This document shows, in pieces, positions 41,462 through 55,350 of a stretch of 64,000 nucleotides of DNA; positions within the stretch are counted from its first letter, which is position 1; every line of letters starts with the position of its first letter. The notes beneath the pieces were generated by a model. It worked only from the letters and a program-made list of their open reading frames with translations, ran no database searches and was not told where the DNA came from. A program made the position numbers and the translations under genes. Origin of the DNA: the human T2T-CHM13v2.0 reference genome, Homo sapiens; NCBI RefSeq assembly GCF_009914755.1, contig NC_060941.1. One strand, given 5' to 3'.

Positions 41462-41984
41462 GAATCTAACTACCTTTGGGGGAGAAAAAAAAATGATCCT
41501 CACCAGTTATTTTCTATGTAAGTTGCTTTGGCTAAAATAAACTTGCATGAAGCCAACTCTACTCCCCCAATCACTGATCAGAGTTTGTTTAAGGACTGTT
41601 TAAAGGTTTGTTTAAGAATTGATGCTTGATTCAAAAAGCAACTGCATAGGGGCTGGGACGATGGAAGTCAATGGACTTTGAGGTAATTTGAGGCTGACAG
41701 TTTCCAATAGGGTCACTATACTTCATGATGGCAAAATGACCCAATGGGGACTCTTTGTGGGAAAACATAAATGCGAGGTAAACACAGAAGAGTTTGGTCG
41801 TTTGCCCTCAGTCGGTTCTCTGTGAGGTATGAAAAGCTGCTTTGCTGCTTCTTTGTGAAATATAAGGACATCCAGTGCAGTAACAGCTGGGCCCTACTCT
41901 CCCTCCTCTATATCCTTCATCACAGTACCCATGTCTGTCTCTGTTTCCATCCCACAGTAAAACCTGTCCAGCCCTGAAAAAAAA

Positions 41985-42770
<786 letters not shown>

Positions 42771-43339
42771 CAGGAACAAAAAGGAAACAAGATCCCACCT
42801 CACTGATACATCCAGATAAATAATCCAACATTGAAACTTGTTTTCTGATCAGGATGCCATTTGTGTTAAAAGACGGCAACTGATACACTATCTGGCATCA
42901 ATGAAAGGGTATGAGAGATCTCAGAGCCAGCTCTGGAGGTAACTTACTTCTCCCCGGATATTCTGCCAAGGCTTGGATCACTGCCACAGGTGAAAGGTGA
43001 TTCCTACCTAGGCCTACTGCACACAACAGTATGAACGAGGTATGAACAGTTAAAGAAAGGGGAGAGAATAGGATTCACTCATTACATTTTTCTTTTGGAT
43101 TTCTCTATAAAAGTGGAGTCTATAGAAAATGGCATCAATTCCATTACAAAGCTACTCTCAACAAGAACAAGGTTAGAAGGAAATGGAATAGATTCATCAG
43201 GGTTGTTGGACAAAATAAGTATAAAATCATCTTAGCACTATGCTTAGCATGTAGTAACTGCTCATAAATGCTTCACTGATATGACTTGTCTTTGAAACTC
43301 TCAAGTACAGAGTCCATAGTGGTTATGTTCCTTCATATC

Positions 43340-43590
43340 CAAGAGGCGGTAGAGCCTTGGCTAAGAATGAAGGTTCTGAAACCATCCTGTCTACTTTGCA
43401 ATTAGGCTCCATCACTTGCCTCCTTTGTAATTTTATGTGAGCACTTGGCTAACTCATGCCTCAGTTTCCTTTTCCATAAGTGATGTTCACAAGGGACGGA
43501 CCACAAAATGTTGTTGGGAATACTAAGGAAATCAATACATTAACTTAGAATAGTACTTAAACCATCACAAGAACCCAATAGATATTAGAC
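43340..43590 (+). mobile_element. MIR
   Basis: ggctccatcactt...tgcctcagtttcctt...cttagaatagtac. Confidence 0.65.
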
Positions 43591-44283
43591 AGGACTACCT
43601 ATCAACTTCTCTTTGCTGAACGCTTACCTTGGTCTTTATCAGATATCATCCTCTGGCATCCAGACCAAAGCCAACACATGTTCATGCTTCTGGAATATAC
43701 CTGTAGTGTTGTGTTCCCTGCTGCTTGTCAGAGATGTGGTCTTAATTAAGCCCATTTCAGTCTGTGAACTCCCTGTCAGAGTCTTTCTTGGGTGGCTTTC
43801 CAGAGTCTTTAAGTTCTCCTGAATGGCTCTGGATCCTCCCCAGCCTGCCCTTTTCTGTCCGTCTCATGCCAGGCCGAGCGCTGTCCCTGGAAGGATGTGA
43901 AGATGGAGTGGGAAAGCACTTGGCAATGGATTGTTCAGCAGCAGCATAAAGCCTTCTTTCCTCCTGGAACTCGCTTCCCTCATTGTCTAACTGGGCCCTT
44001 TAAAGTGGCCAGGTCTTTTTAAAAATTTTAACTTTCTTAGATCACCACCAACTTCTTTAACTGTTTCTTAAGCAAAACTATAAAAAATGCTTCATTTTGT
44101 GCTGGTGGGTGCTAGTAAGAAATGTGACGGGATCTACTCAGGTCTGTGCCACACACTCCATTACTACTTACTGGCCCAACAACATGAATTTGGATATTTG
44201 GAACTCTTTCCCCACTCCTAGTTCATGCCATTTCCTATTTCGGAGCTGATTTTATTCCAAGATACTATATTTTCCTTCCTTCC

Positions 44284-46709
44284 TATATATATATATGAAG
44301 TATATATATACATAGGAAGTATATATATATATAGGAAGTATATATATATAGGAAGTATATATATATATAGGAAGTATATATATAGGAAGTATATATATAT
44401 AGGAAGTATATATATATAGGAAGTATATATATATACTTGTATATATATATGGGAAGTATATATATACTTGTATATATATGGGAAGTATATATATATACTT
44501 GTATATATATATGGGAAGTATATATATATACTTGTATATTTATATGGGAAGTATATATATATACTTGTATATATATATGGGAAGTATATATATATACTTG
44601 TATATATATGGGAAGTATATATATATACTTGTATATATATATGGGAAGTATATATATATACTTGTATATATATGGGAAGTATATATATATACTTGTATAT
44701 ATATATGGAAGTATATATATATACTTGTATATATATATGGGAAGTGTATATATATACTTGTATATATATATGGGAAGTATATATATATACTTGTATATAT
44801 ATATGGGAAGTATATATATATACTTGTGTATATATATGGGAAGTATATACATATACTTGTGTATATATATGGGAAGTATATACATATACTTGTGTATATA
44901 TAGGAAGTATATACATATACTTGTGTATATATATAGGAAGTGTATATATATACTTGTGTGTATATATATATAGGAAGTGTATATATATACTTGTGTGTAT
45001 ATATAGGAAGTGTATATATATACTTGTGTATATATATAGGAAGTGTATATATATACTTGTGTATATATATATAGGAAGTGTATATATATACTTGTGCATA
45101 TATATATAGGAAGTGTATATATATACTTGTGCATATATATATAGGAAGTGTATATATATACTTGTGCATATATATATAGGAAGTGTATATGTATACTTGT
45201 GTATATATATAGGAAGTGTATATGTATACTTGTGTATATATATAGGAAGTGTATATGTATACTTGTGTATATATATAGGAAGTGTATATGTATACTTGTG
45301 TATATATATAGGAAGTGTATATGTATACTTGTGTATATATATAGGAAGTGTATATGTATACTTGTGTATATATATAGGAAGTGTATATGTATACTTGTGT
45401 ATATATATAGGAAGTGTATATGTATACTTGTGTATATATATAGGAAGTGTATATATATATTTGTGTATATATATAGAAAGTGTATATATATACTTGTGTA
45501 TATATAGGAAGTGTATATATATACTTGTGTATATATAGGAAGTGTATATATATACTTGTGTATGTATATATAGGAAGTGTATATATATACTTGTGTATAT
45601 ATATATAGGAAGTGTATATATATACTTGTGTATATATAGGAAGTGTATATATATACTTGTGCATATATATATAGGAAGTGTATATATACATACTTGTGTA
45701 TATATATAGGAAGTGTATATATATACTTGTGTATATATATAGGAAGTGTATATATATATACTTGTGTATATATATAGGAAGTGTATATATATACTTGTGT
45801 ATATATAGGAAGTGTATATATATATACTTGTATATATATAGGAAGTGTATATATATACTTGTATATATATATAGGAAGTGTATATATATATATACTTGTA
45901 TATATATATAGGAAGTATATATATACTTGTATATATATATATACTTGTATATATATAGGAAGTATATATATACTTGTATATATATATAGGAAGTATATAT
46001 ATACTTGTATATATATAGGAAGTATATATATATACTTGTATATATATAGGAAGTATATATATATACTTTATATATATAGGAAGTATATATATACTTGTAT
46101 ATATATATACTTGTATATATATAGGAAGTATATATATATACTTGTATATATATATAGGAAGTATATATATACTTGTATATATATATAGGAAGTATATATA
46201 TACTTGTATATATATAGGAAGTATATGTATATACTTGTATATATATAGGACGTATATGTATATACTTGTATATATATATATAGGAAGTATATATATATAC
46301 TTGTATATATATAGGAAGTATATATATATACTTGTATACATATAGGAAGTATATATATATACTTGTATATATATATAGAAGTATATATATATACTTGTAT
46401 ATATATATAGGAAGTATATATATACTTGTATATATATATGGAAGTATATATATATACTTGTATATATATATGGAAGTATATATATATACTTGTATATATA
46501 TATGGAAGTATATATATATACTTGTATATATATATGGAAGTATATATATATACTTGTATATATATATGGAAGTATATATATATACTTGTATATATATATG
46601 GAAGTATATATATATACTTGTATATATATATGGAAGTATATATATATACTTGTATATATATATGGAAGTATATATATATACTTGTATATATATATAGGAA
46701 GGAAGGAAA
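44284..46709. repeat. AT-rich minisatellite/VNTR; unit about GGAAG(TA)nCTTG(TA)n, 30-33 bp, roughly 75-80 units
   Basis: directly visible; measured period 33 bp at 45211-45277 and 32 bp at 46472-46504. Confidence 0.98.
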
Positions 46710-47628
46710 TATATGTATATAACTCATGAGAGGACTTTATTCACTTCTTCGTCACTCAAAACTTGCTATCTCTTGTTTATCTTGTGAACCAATCACCTCA
46801 GTCCAGCTTCAGAAATGCCATTCTTCAATTACAGGGAGGTTGAGCACGGCAGTATTTTCTTTCTGAAATTTCCATCAGTCGAACTTATTATTTTGAAGAA
46901 AATAATAGCTAATTCTTTTTCTTGTTCAGTCTCCTAAATATTTTTTTAAAGATTCAATCAATAAATGTACCATGGTTAATTCACAAGAAAGTGGGAGGCA
47001 GGCTTGTGTATACAGAACCCCAAATGGGAAGAGAGTAAAATGAGAGCTTTGAGGTTCTCTTTGTTCCCCCAGACACAGGGTTTCTGAAGAATTGACATTG
47101 TTTGTACGTTCCCTCTCATGCCCTCTCTGACTTTGTTTGGCAGTGCCTCCCAGCAATTCACAGTTGTGTGGACTGTTCTGTATGACAGGGTCTCAGCAGG
47201 ACTACAGGGCAGCCGCTGGAAAACTGTTTCAGCAATTGCCCTGCTATGGAGGTTCGAACACTCTTCCAATTTCCACTGCCCTTTGAAATGCTAAGGGAAA
47301 CTGGATGATATTCTGGTCTGGAGCATGTTTTGTGTTGACCTCTTATTTCGCCTTTCAAACAAATGAGCACATTCAGTGCTTTTTTGCGCTAGTGTCTGCT
47401 TACAAACCTAAGCCAATCTCTAGGTGCCTCTGGAGGAAAATGCCAAGAATAGGATTCATAGGTATAGCAAAATAGCTGGGAGGAGGAATTTTCACCAAAT
47501 TAGACGGAGGGTTTTCCCAAATCGGAAGAGAGATAGGACCAAAAAGAGAAGGAGTTAGTAGACAAGAGTCTGAGGACCTCAGGACCCAGGGTCATATCCA
47601 ACAACAATTGCTCAAAAAGGGAGAGGTC

Positions 47629-47908
47629 GGCTGGGCGCGGTGGCTCACGCCTGTAATCCCAGCACTTAGGGAGGCCGAGGCGGGCGGATCACGAGGTCAG
47701 GAGATCGAGACCATCCTGGCTAACACGGTGAAACCCCATCTCTACTAAAAATACAAAAAATTAGCCAGGCGAGGTGGTGGGCACCTGAAGTTCCAGCTAC
47801 TCAGGAGGCTGAGGCAGGAGAATGGCGTGAACCCAGGAGGCGGAGCTTGCAGTGAGCAGAGAACACGCCATTACACTCCAGCCTGGGCGACAGAGTGAGA
47901 CTCCATCT

Positions 47909-47947
<39 letters not shown>
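47629..47947 (+). mobile_element. Full-length AluY with 38-nt pure A tail
   Basis: close to AluY consensus with many intact CpGs; TSD gggagaggtc. Confidence 0.98.
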
Positions 47948-47949
<2 letters not shown>

Positions 47950-48127
47950 TTGGGAGAGGTCCCCTCAGCCTGAGAAGCCCCGAGAGGTAGACTGTGTCAA
48001 GAATGACCCCAGGGGCTTCTAGCGCCAAGGGGCTTAGGTATTGGGTGTTGGGAGCCGAGCCATTGCCCTTGGGTCCTCCCACTTCACTGTTGAGCATTAT
48101 TCGTTGGGCACTAACTACGGTTAGTAG

Positions 48128-48476
<349 letters not shown>

Positions 48477-51400
48477 GCCCCTGCCTTATATATGGTTTAA
48501 AAATATTCTTTTAAAAAGTTCTGAGCTGTGAGAGTCCTCCAAAAATGCATCCTTTGCATCAAATATGACTTCCCTGGGTCACTGTTGAGACTTCTATTTC
48601 CTCATCTTGTGCTGCTCAGCAAAAAGGATATTTATCTAGGTTCCAAGATAATTGCTTCATTCCTCTCAACTCCGTGCTGCTGCACCGTCCTAGAACAACC
48701 AGCACCCCAGCACGCCCAGGACCCTGGGGTAAAGAAAGGGTGCTAGTGTTAGGGAAGTCTCTCATATGTGTACTTTGGTGGGAAAGAACATTGAAGAGAG
48801 CTATTTCTCCCAAGCCAGGACACTCATTAATAACACCCTTCATTTCACTAACAATATGAAGAAATGGGCTCAGTTTCTTTCTTCAGCATCACTATGGTTA
48901 GGTTAACTGAAGTAAGAGTTTAGAGTTGAAAATCAAGAGCAGCAATAAATCTTTAAGCAAACGAATAATCAGAATGTAGATCAAGTAACTACCCTGGAGT
49001 GAGAAATGTAAGTTTGATATGTCGGAAAGCAAATGTAGAAAGTTGAACATTATGTGATTTCCCAAAAGACTGGATGTTGATTAACAGTCAGCCTTCTCCT
49101 ATGTGATAGCTTAGTATTAAAAGTTTACAGAAGGCAATATGGGTGAGCTATGCAAGGCGTGTTTCCTGGAATTGCAGTATAGCCTCCTGAGACTGTGCCT
49201 AACACTGCAGCTGCCACCAGGAAAGAGCAATATCCTTTACAATAGGCATCTTTTAAGGTGGCATGAGCACAAAGGGTGGGTAGAGACAAAAGAGAGCACC
49301 AGAGACGCACAGAAGAAATCACACATCTACCAGGGCCAGAATCTAGAATACTCCTATTTTCAATACTTGTAGAGATAGAGGAAGAAACACAATTCTATAA
49401 TTTACTCAGTTGGACAGGATGTGCTCAATCTTGCCCATACATAAGTCTTTGCCGAGAGACCTTGGTCATTTGATCCAATATTCTTGAGTGATATTCTTTG
49501 GTGGGTGGGGCTATCCTTCTGGAATAAACCAGGAGCCAAAGAGTCAGTCTTGCTGATCAAATCAGCTCCCATCCCACAATCTAGACTCTGGTCTTTCCCA
49601 AGTCCCTTTGGGAAACACTCTTTTCAAACTGTGTCTTCTCCGTCGGTTCTTTGCCTTCTCTCACCTGACCCATGCCATCCCCCTGTCAGAATGAATTTGG
49701 CATGTAGTAAATTCCTTTGATTTTTGACCCTCCTAACAGCTATAACTACAGCTTTATTTGTACTGGACTCTGGCTCAATGGATTGGATCAACTCTCTCTG
49801 TCCTCATACCACTAGTGGTTTGAAATAATATCAGGAAGCACATTTTATGCCAGCCCTTGAGCTGAGCCCAATATGCTGCACAATACAACAAGCTTCATTT
49901 CTTTTTCCCAACTCTGAAGTCCCAGTAAGAGCCCAGTGCTCTCTGTACTGGGTTTCCAGGTAAGTGAGAAAGAACCAAGCGTAGAGCTGAGCAAAAGCTT
50001 AAACAACCTGTAGGCCATGGAGGTTTTGGCTGGGAACACAGTGTGCCAGAAAATCCGGCATGTAGATAAAAGTTTGATTAGTCAGAAAGTCAGACAAAAT
50101 GACATTACTCAGGCAAATTATAGAGTCCACAAAGGTAGGTCTGGATTGGCATCCAGAAGTCAAAAGGCAGGGATGACTGATACACAGAATCATTCGTGAC
50201 ATCCAACAACTTCTAGTGAAGTACTGGGTTCTCCCTTCTTTATCTCTTTTCTAATATCAAGAAAATTTTATCAATATGCTACTGACCAGCTGGAGTTTGC
50301 ATGCACAGGAATAAAGTGAAAAGTCAATGGTTTCTTGTAGGAGGGCACTCTCTAGGATCTCTTTATTTCAAAACAGTTGATAGAATAAGAAAGGCCCAAG
50401 GAGTTTCTTCTCGTGTACCTTGAAGGTCAAGAAAATCAAGACGTGACCATTGGAATACAAGACTAAGGTGATGGATTGAGACTTTGTCCAGGTCTTAAGG
50501 AAGCTGGAATAGTTAAGTCCAAAAAAATCTTTGAATTCCAAGATTAAATTAAATTAAAATGTAGAAAAATTAACCGGTTTTCCGCATTGCATTTGACATT
50601 TCATTGACAGTCCTGAGCATTTGTTTATGCCCCTGGCCACTCATATTGAATTCTTGGATTTTGGCTTAGAGGGTGGGAAAGGATCAAATTGCTCAGCTGT
50701 CTTTAAAATCCCAAGTTGCTAAAAAAAAACTTTAAAAGTTAATGCATCTCTTATTTTTCATGAAAAGGATAGTGTAAGTTGTGGATATAATCAGGATTGA
50801 AACAACACATTTTTAGGGGAAATAATTAACATCACTGATTTCTTCTGCATATCTTTTTCATTCCTTTCAAATATGATTTGCTTGAAGCAAAGGCAACAAC
50901 AACAACAAAACAAAACCAAAAACCCCAATGATTTGCCAAATTCTTTAATATCACTCTGCTTTCCCTTTTACAGTCCTTTGGAGTGCTACAACGCATGGCC
51001 CGAAGGCACGAGGAGAAGGAAACGACTTGCTGGCCAGGTTTGAAATGGAAGTAGAAATCTCAGAACACTTCATAAATCTAGGAGGGCTCCCTCATGCCTT
51101 TTGGCAAACCACTGGCCTCTGATCTGTGGGTCAGGAAGATTTGCACCTTTCCTCTAAGGATCTCCGACATAAAACATAACCCATTGTGCAACCAGAAGGT
51201 CCCTGAAGGTCAGCTGGCTCCAACTTTCACTGCTCTCCTGAAAGGAGGCCAATGTGTTCATCCGTTCTTTTTATTTTTAGGTTGTAAAATAGAGACGCAG
51301 AATCACAAAAAGCTTTTGACAATGACAGTCATTAACTTCCACCTGAAAATGTGATTGGAACCTGTGACCCTTCTTTGCTTCAAAGGCTACAGCTCAGCCT

Positions 51401-52089
51401 ACAGAAACTGCATTTATTGCCAAGAGCATGATGACAAAATCACTTTTCTTAATTGCTCTTGAATGTAATGAAGTGGAAAACAGAAGGCAGGTCTTCTGAT
51501 TCCTAGCCTCATCAGTAGCAAATGAATCAAGCATTGCATTCCTGGATATCATGGGTTTTAACTAGTGATAGGTGTCGGATTTATTGGGGCAGATGGCTAT
51601 GATATAGGATGCTGGTGTGTGAAAGTTCCCCTGGAGTTGGAGGGCTGTGTACCCAGTGGGGCAACCCAGTGCTGTGGAACAGATGTATTTCCTGCCTTGG
51701 TTACTTCACTTGGGTTCTGAAACTAAAGAGGTCCCCGATGACAAATTCTTCCAACACTTTTAAAACCACATTTCCCAGGAAGGTCTTTCGGAGGTGAAGT
51801 AAAAGTTAACGGGAAGCACAGTGAGGGGCCTGGGGTCAGGTTGCATTTGGGAAGTTTGTTATGATTCACACAACGTTGCAGATGCTGCAGACGTATCTGC
51901 TGTGCCATGACACGGTAAATGCAGAGGGAAGCAGGATTGCTGATTTTTTCACGTGGCATTTCTCTGGAGTAGAGGCAGAATGCAGTCCAGCCCACCCAAG
52001 AAAGGCTGTGTTGGTGGCAAAAGATGCCTCCCAAACCTCATCAAGAGGGTAGCTGCTTGGGAGTCTTAATTGATATTAATTATCAATGA

Positions 52090-52220
52090 TAGCTATTATT
52101 TGCCAAGTATCTACAATATAGTAAAGCACTACTCTGACACACATAACTTTATTGAATCTTTACAGTTCTATAAATTGAATGCCTTTAGTGCCCCCATTTT
52201 ATAAATAGAAATGAAGCAAA
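52090..52220 (-). mobile_element. MIR fragment
   Basis: atagctattatttgccaagtatctac...ccccattttataaatag. Confidence 0.6.
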
Positions 52221-52441
52221 CTAAAAACACCATAAGTCAGCTCTTTAATATTTAGGGAACCCAGCTAACTTATGGGTATCTATCTCTATGTCAGTTCCAC
52301 AACTGGGCCCCTGAAATGTGATCAAGTTAAAAGCTCTGTAAAAAGAGTTAGCCATCATTTGAGATTCCAGCGATCTTGTCCATTTTCCTTTCCAGTTTTT
52401 TTCCCTCCGTTCTGTCCCTTTATATTCCCTGAGCTCTAGTG

Positions 52442-52753
52442 CAGGGATGGCAAACTGGCTTTATGGCATCAACCAGCTTCCATCAATTGGCAATGTTTTC
52501 CCTAAGCATGAGGCTGGGGAGAATTCTCTGGAGAAATTGGAGCTAACTATATCAGAGTACTATGATTGATTAATGATGTCTTCTATGATCAACTTTTGAT
52601 GCCTTCTATGATCAATTAATGACGACTTCTGTGATTGATTTATGAAGTCTTCTATGATTGATTAATGATGCCTTCTGTGATCCATTAATGACGTCTTCTG
52701 TGGGCATGGGAGGGAGCATAAAGGGAAGGTAAACCAGGTTATAGCCATTCCCA
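52442..52753 (+). mobile_element. MER102-like hAT element with an internal tandem expansion
   Basis: cagggatggcaaa...atcaattgg...gagaattct...tgattgattaatgatgtct...tgggcatgggag...gccattccc. Confidence 0.7.
52560..52702. repeat. 23-bp tandem repeat, 6 copies
   Basis: consensus ctatgattgattaatgatgtctt; units start at 52560, 52583, 52606, 52629, 52652 and 52675. Confidence 0.93.
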
Positions 52754-52876
52754 GAGTAGGGACTTTGTACTTCTGTTGGTCTTCAATAGTGACCTGAAAC
52801 AAGAAATTAATTTATTAATGTCATGGGGAGGATGGAAGTGAGTGGCAGGGAGCAGGGGAGGCCGCACATATGTATG

Positions 52877-53679
52877 TGAAACTGTCTTTGCAAAATTATG
52901 ACACTGAGAGAAGTCTGGCGTGGGTGACTCCATCTTGCTTCCAGCCTCACAGCCTGGCTGTTCTCGCTCATTCCTGGGCATAGGTCAAGCTAACCATGGA
53001 AGAAATTTAGTTTATCATTTAACTTTAAAACAAGGATAATAGTAATACCTCCCTAAAACTGATCTCCTCCTTGCCTGGGGACAGAAACTGCCTTTGTAAG
53101 ACTAGTGAAGGGCCACAAGATGAGGATTATGGGAGGGTCCTGAATTCTGCTAAAATGTATGTGTAGCTAAATGATAGCCAGTCATTGTCCCCTAGCTTGC
53201 TTCTCTATAATCCCTTGCTTCTCAAGAGTCATGTGGCTGGAGGTCACAAGATTTGTGACTTCCCCAATTGCTCCTATAGATAACATCACTACTGTTGCTA
53301 TTGTAAAACCTAAGATTGGGCTTTTGAGATGTTTTTTCAGACTTTTGCTGACAGACTCCACCTAGACTCAGGGCTCCCAAGTCAACTGGTTCTGTGGTCC
53401 CCACCCAGAGGTGGACTTAGTGCATGAGGAACATTTTCCATATCCCTATGATTTAATTCCCAACGAATAAGCAGCACCCGTTCCCAGCCTCCTGTCCACC
53501 AAATTATCCGTGAAAAACCTCACCTCTGAGTTCTCAGGGAGACTAATTTGAATATCAACTCCAGTCCTTCTACTTGGCTCGCTCTGTGTTAACTAAACTC
53601 TTTCTCAACTGCAGCACTGTGGTCTCAGTGAATTGGTTTTGTCAGTGCAGCAGGCTGGAAGAACCCATGGGCAACTACA
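52877..53679 (+). mobile_element. LTR8-family (ERV1) solo LTR, ~800 bp (LTR8B-like length)
   Basis: tgaaactgtctttgcaaaattatgac...gactccatcttgcttc...gaagaacccatgggcaactaca; TG...CA ends; 4-bp TSD tatg. Confidence 0.88.
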
Positions 53680-54673
53680 TATGGACACTGACAAGAGTAG
53701 CAGCACAGCAAGAGACTTGGGGTGGGGATATCTAAGTTCTGAGCTTTTCTCTCCCAAGGTGCATCAGGTTTTAGCCACAAATAGCATAGTGAAAGGAAGA
53801 GTGGGCCTATAGCAGGAAGCATCAGCTCTGGAATAGGATGAGATAGTGGTGTACCAACAGGGATATGAGAAAAAGCGAAGAATAGCAACAAACACTTCAG
53901 GGGTGTGTGTGTGTGTATGAGTGTGTCTGTGTGTATTTGCTGTTTTCCTGTGAACAGTTCTAGCTGGGGCAGAATGAGGAATGGTTGTAGCCTGAGCAGG
54001 CTGGAGAAGAGAAAAGAAAGGAGGAAAGAAAATAAAGTGGAGTTGAGTAAGCAAGGGAGATGTGTGGTGAGTGTGAGAAGAAAGAAGTCTTATGCAACAA
54101 GGTCTTCCAGGCAAGAGTCACATGGAGATTAGATCTGATAAAAGCAGACCAGGAAAAAACAATATGATGGCAATTTTTCTTAGGAACTGGTAAGTCAAAA
54201 CAAAAAGTCATATTCCTATAGTTTGCCTATTCGGAAGCAAGGAATTTGATGATAACTTCAGATCAGCAAAGAAAGTATTCTTATTCCTCAAGAGGATACA
54301 CAAAAGAATGCACCAAGAGAAAGCAGGTTAAGAGTGTTAGAAAATCAAGTTATTCCACCTAATAAGATAAAAGTAAAGGCCTGTTTTAAGTAGGAATTAA
54401 AAGTCACCTTGGATTGGTTAAAGACACCTTTCTATGAATGATTACTAATCTTAGCAAAGGCAGCAGATTAGTCTGGGCTTTTTATTGTCAAAACATAGAT
54501 AAAGTTACTGGATGACTCAGTGTTTGCATGTCAGAAGTGGGCCATGATGAAAGGGAGTCACAAGCAGATGTAAATTTGGAGGTGAAGAATTTCTTTAGAT
54601 GCATAGATTACAGAGCCAAAGAGAACCTTAGTGAGCTCCTACTCAGTCCCCTCATTCTCCAAGTGAGAGAACA

Positions 54674-55261
54674 TATGGCAGACAGACTCTAAGATGGGCC
54701 CTAGTGATCCCCACCTACTGATGTACATGCCTTTGTGTAATCCCCTGCCCCCATTCCTTCCACCCCTGGAGTCTGGGAAAGACTTACTTCTAACCAATAG
54801 AATATGTCTAAAGTCATGGGATGACATTCTCATAATTATGTTGCATGACATCAGACTCTATCTTGCTAGGGGACACACTCTGGAGGCTCTCTTTGCTGGC
54901 TTGAAACAAGTAGGCATGTTGAAGAAACCCACATGGTAAGGCATAATAGGTGGCCTCTAGGACTGCACGTAGCCCCTAGTTGCTGAAAGCAGCCTCTAAA
55001 AGCTAAAGTAGATTTCAGCTGACAGTTAGTAAGAACTAGGTCTTCAGTTGTAAAACCTCAAGAAAATGAATCCTGCCAATACCTTGAATGAGCTTGGAAG
55101 CAGATTCTTCCCCAGACAAGACTTTGGATGATAGTACAGGCTGATTAAATGCAACTTTGTGAAACTCTTATCAAAATATTGTATCTGATCTCCTGATCCA
55201 CCGAAACTGAGAGATAATAAATATGTGACCATTTGTTCTGCAGTAATAGATAACATAAACA
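54674..55261 (+). mobile_element. MLT1E/F-type MaLR LTR
   Basis: ctctaagatgggccc...tgtgtaatcccct...cttctaaccaatagaatatg...aatgagcttggaagcagattcttcccca...gtaatagataac. Confidence 0.85.
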
Positions 55262-55350
55262 CGAAACCCAGGTAGGAGTCATAATTTGTCTATGGTCTAT
55301 TTAGTATAACTCAGTGAATATTTATTTAATGCCCTCTGGATTTATGGTAC

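Noticed and set aside
44218-46341. 707-aa ORF and overlapping Y/I-rich ORFs as protein-coding genes
   Set aside because: They are translations of the tandem array, open in several frames and on both strands, with no gene context.
44284-46709. CRISPR array or TIR transposon interpretation of the minisatellite
   Set aside because: There are no unique spacers, cas genes, transposase or TSD, and the context is primate DNA.
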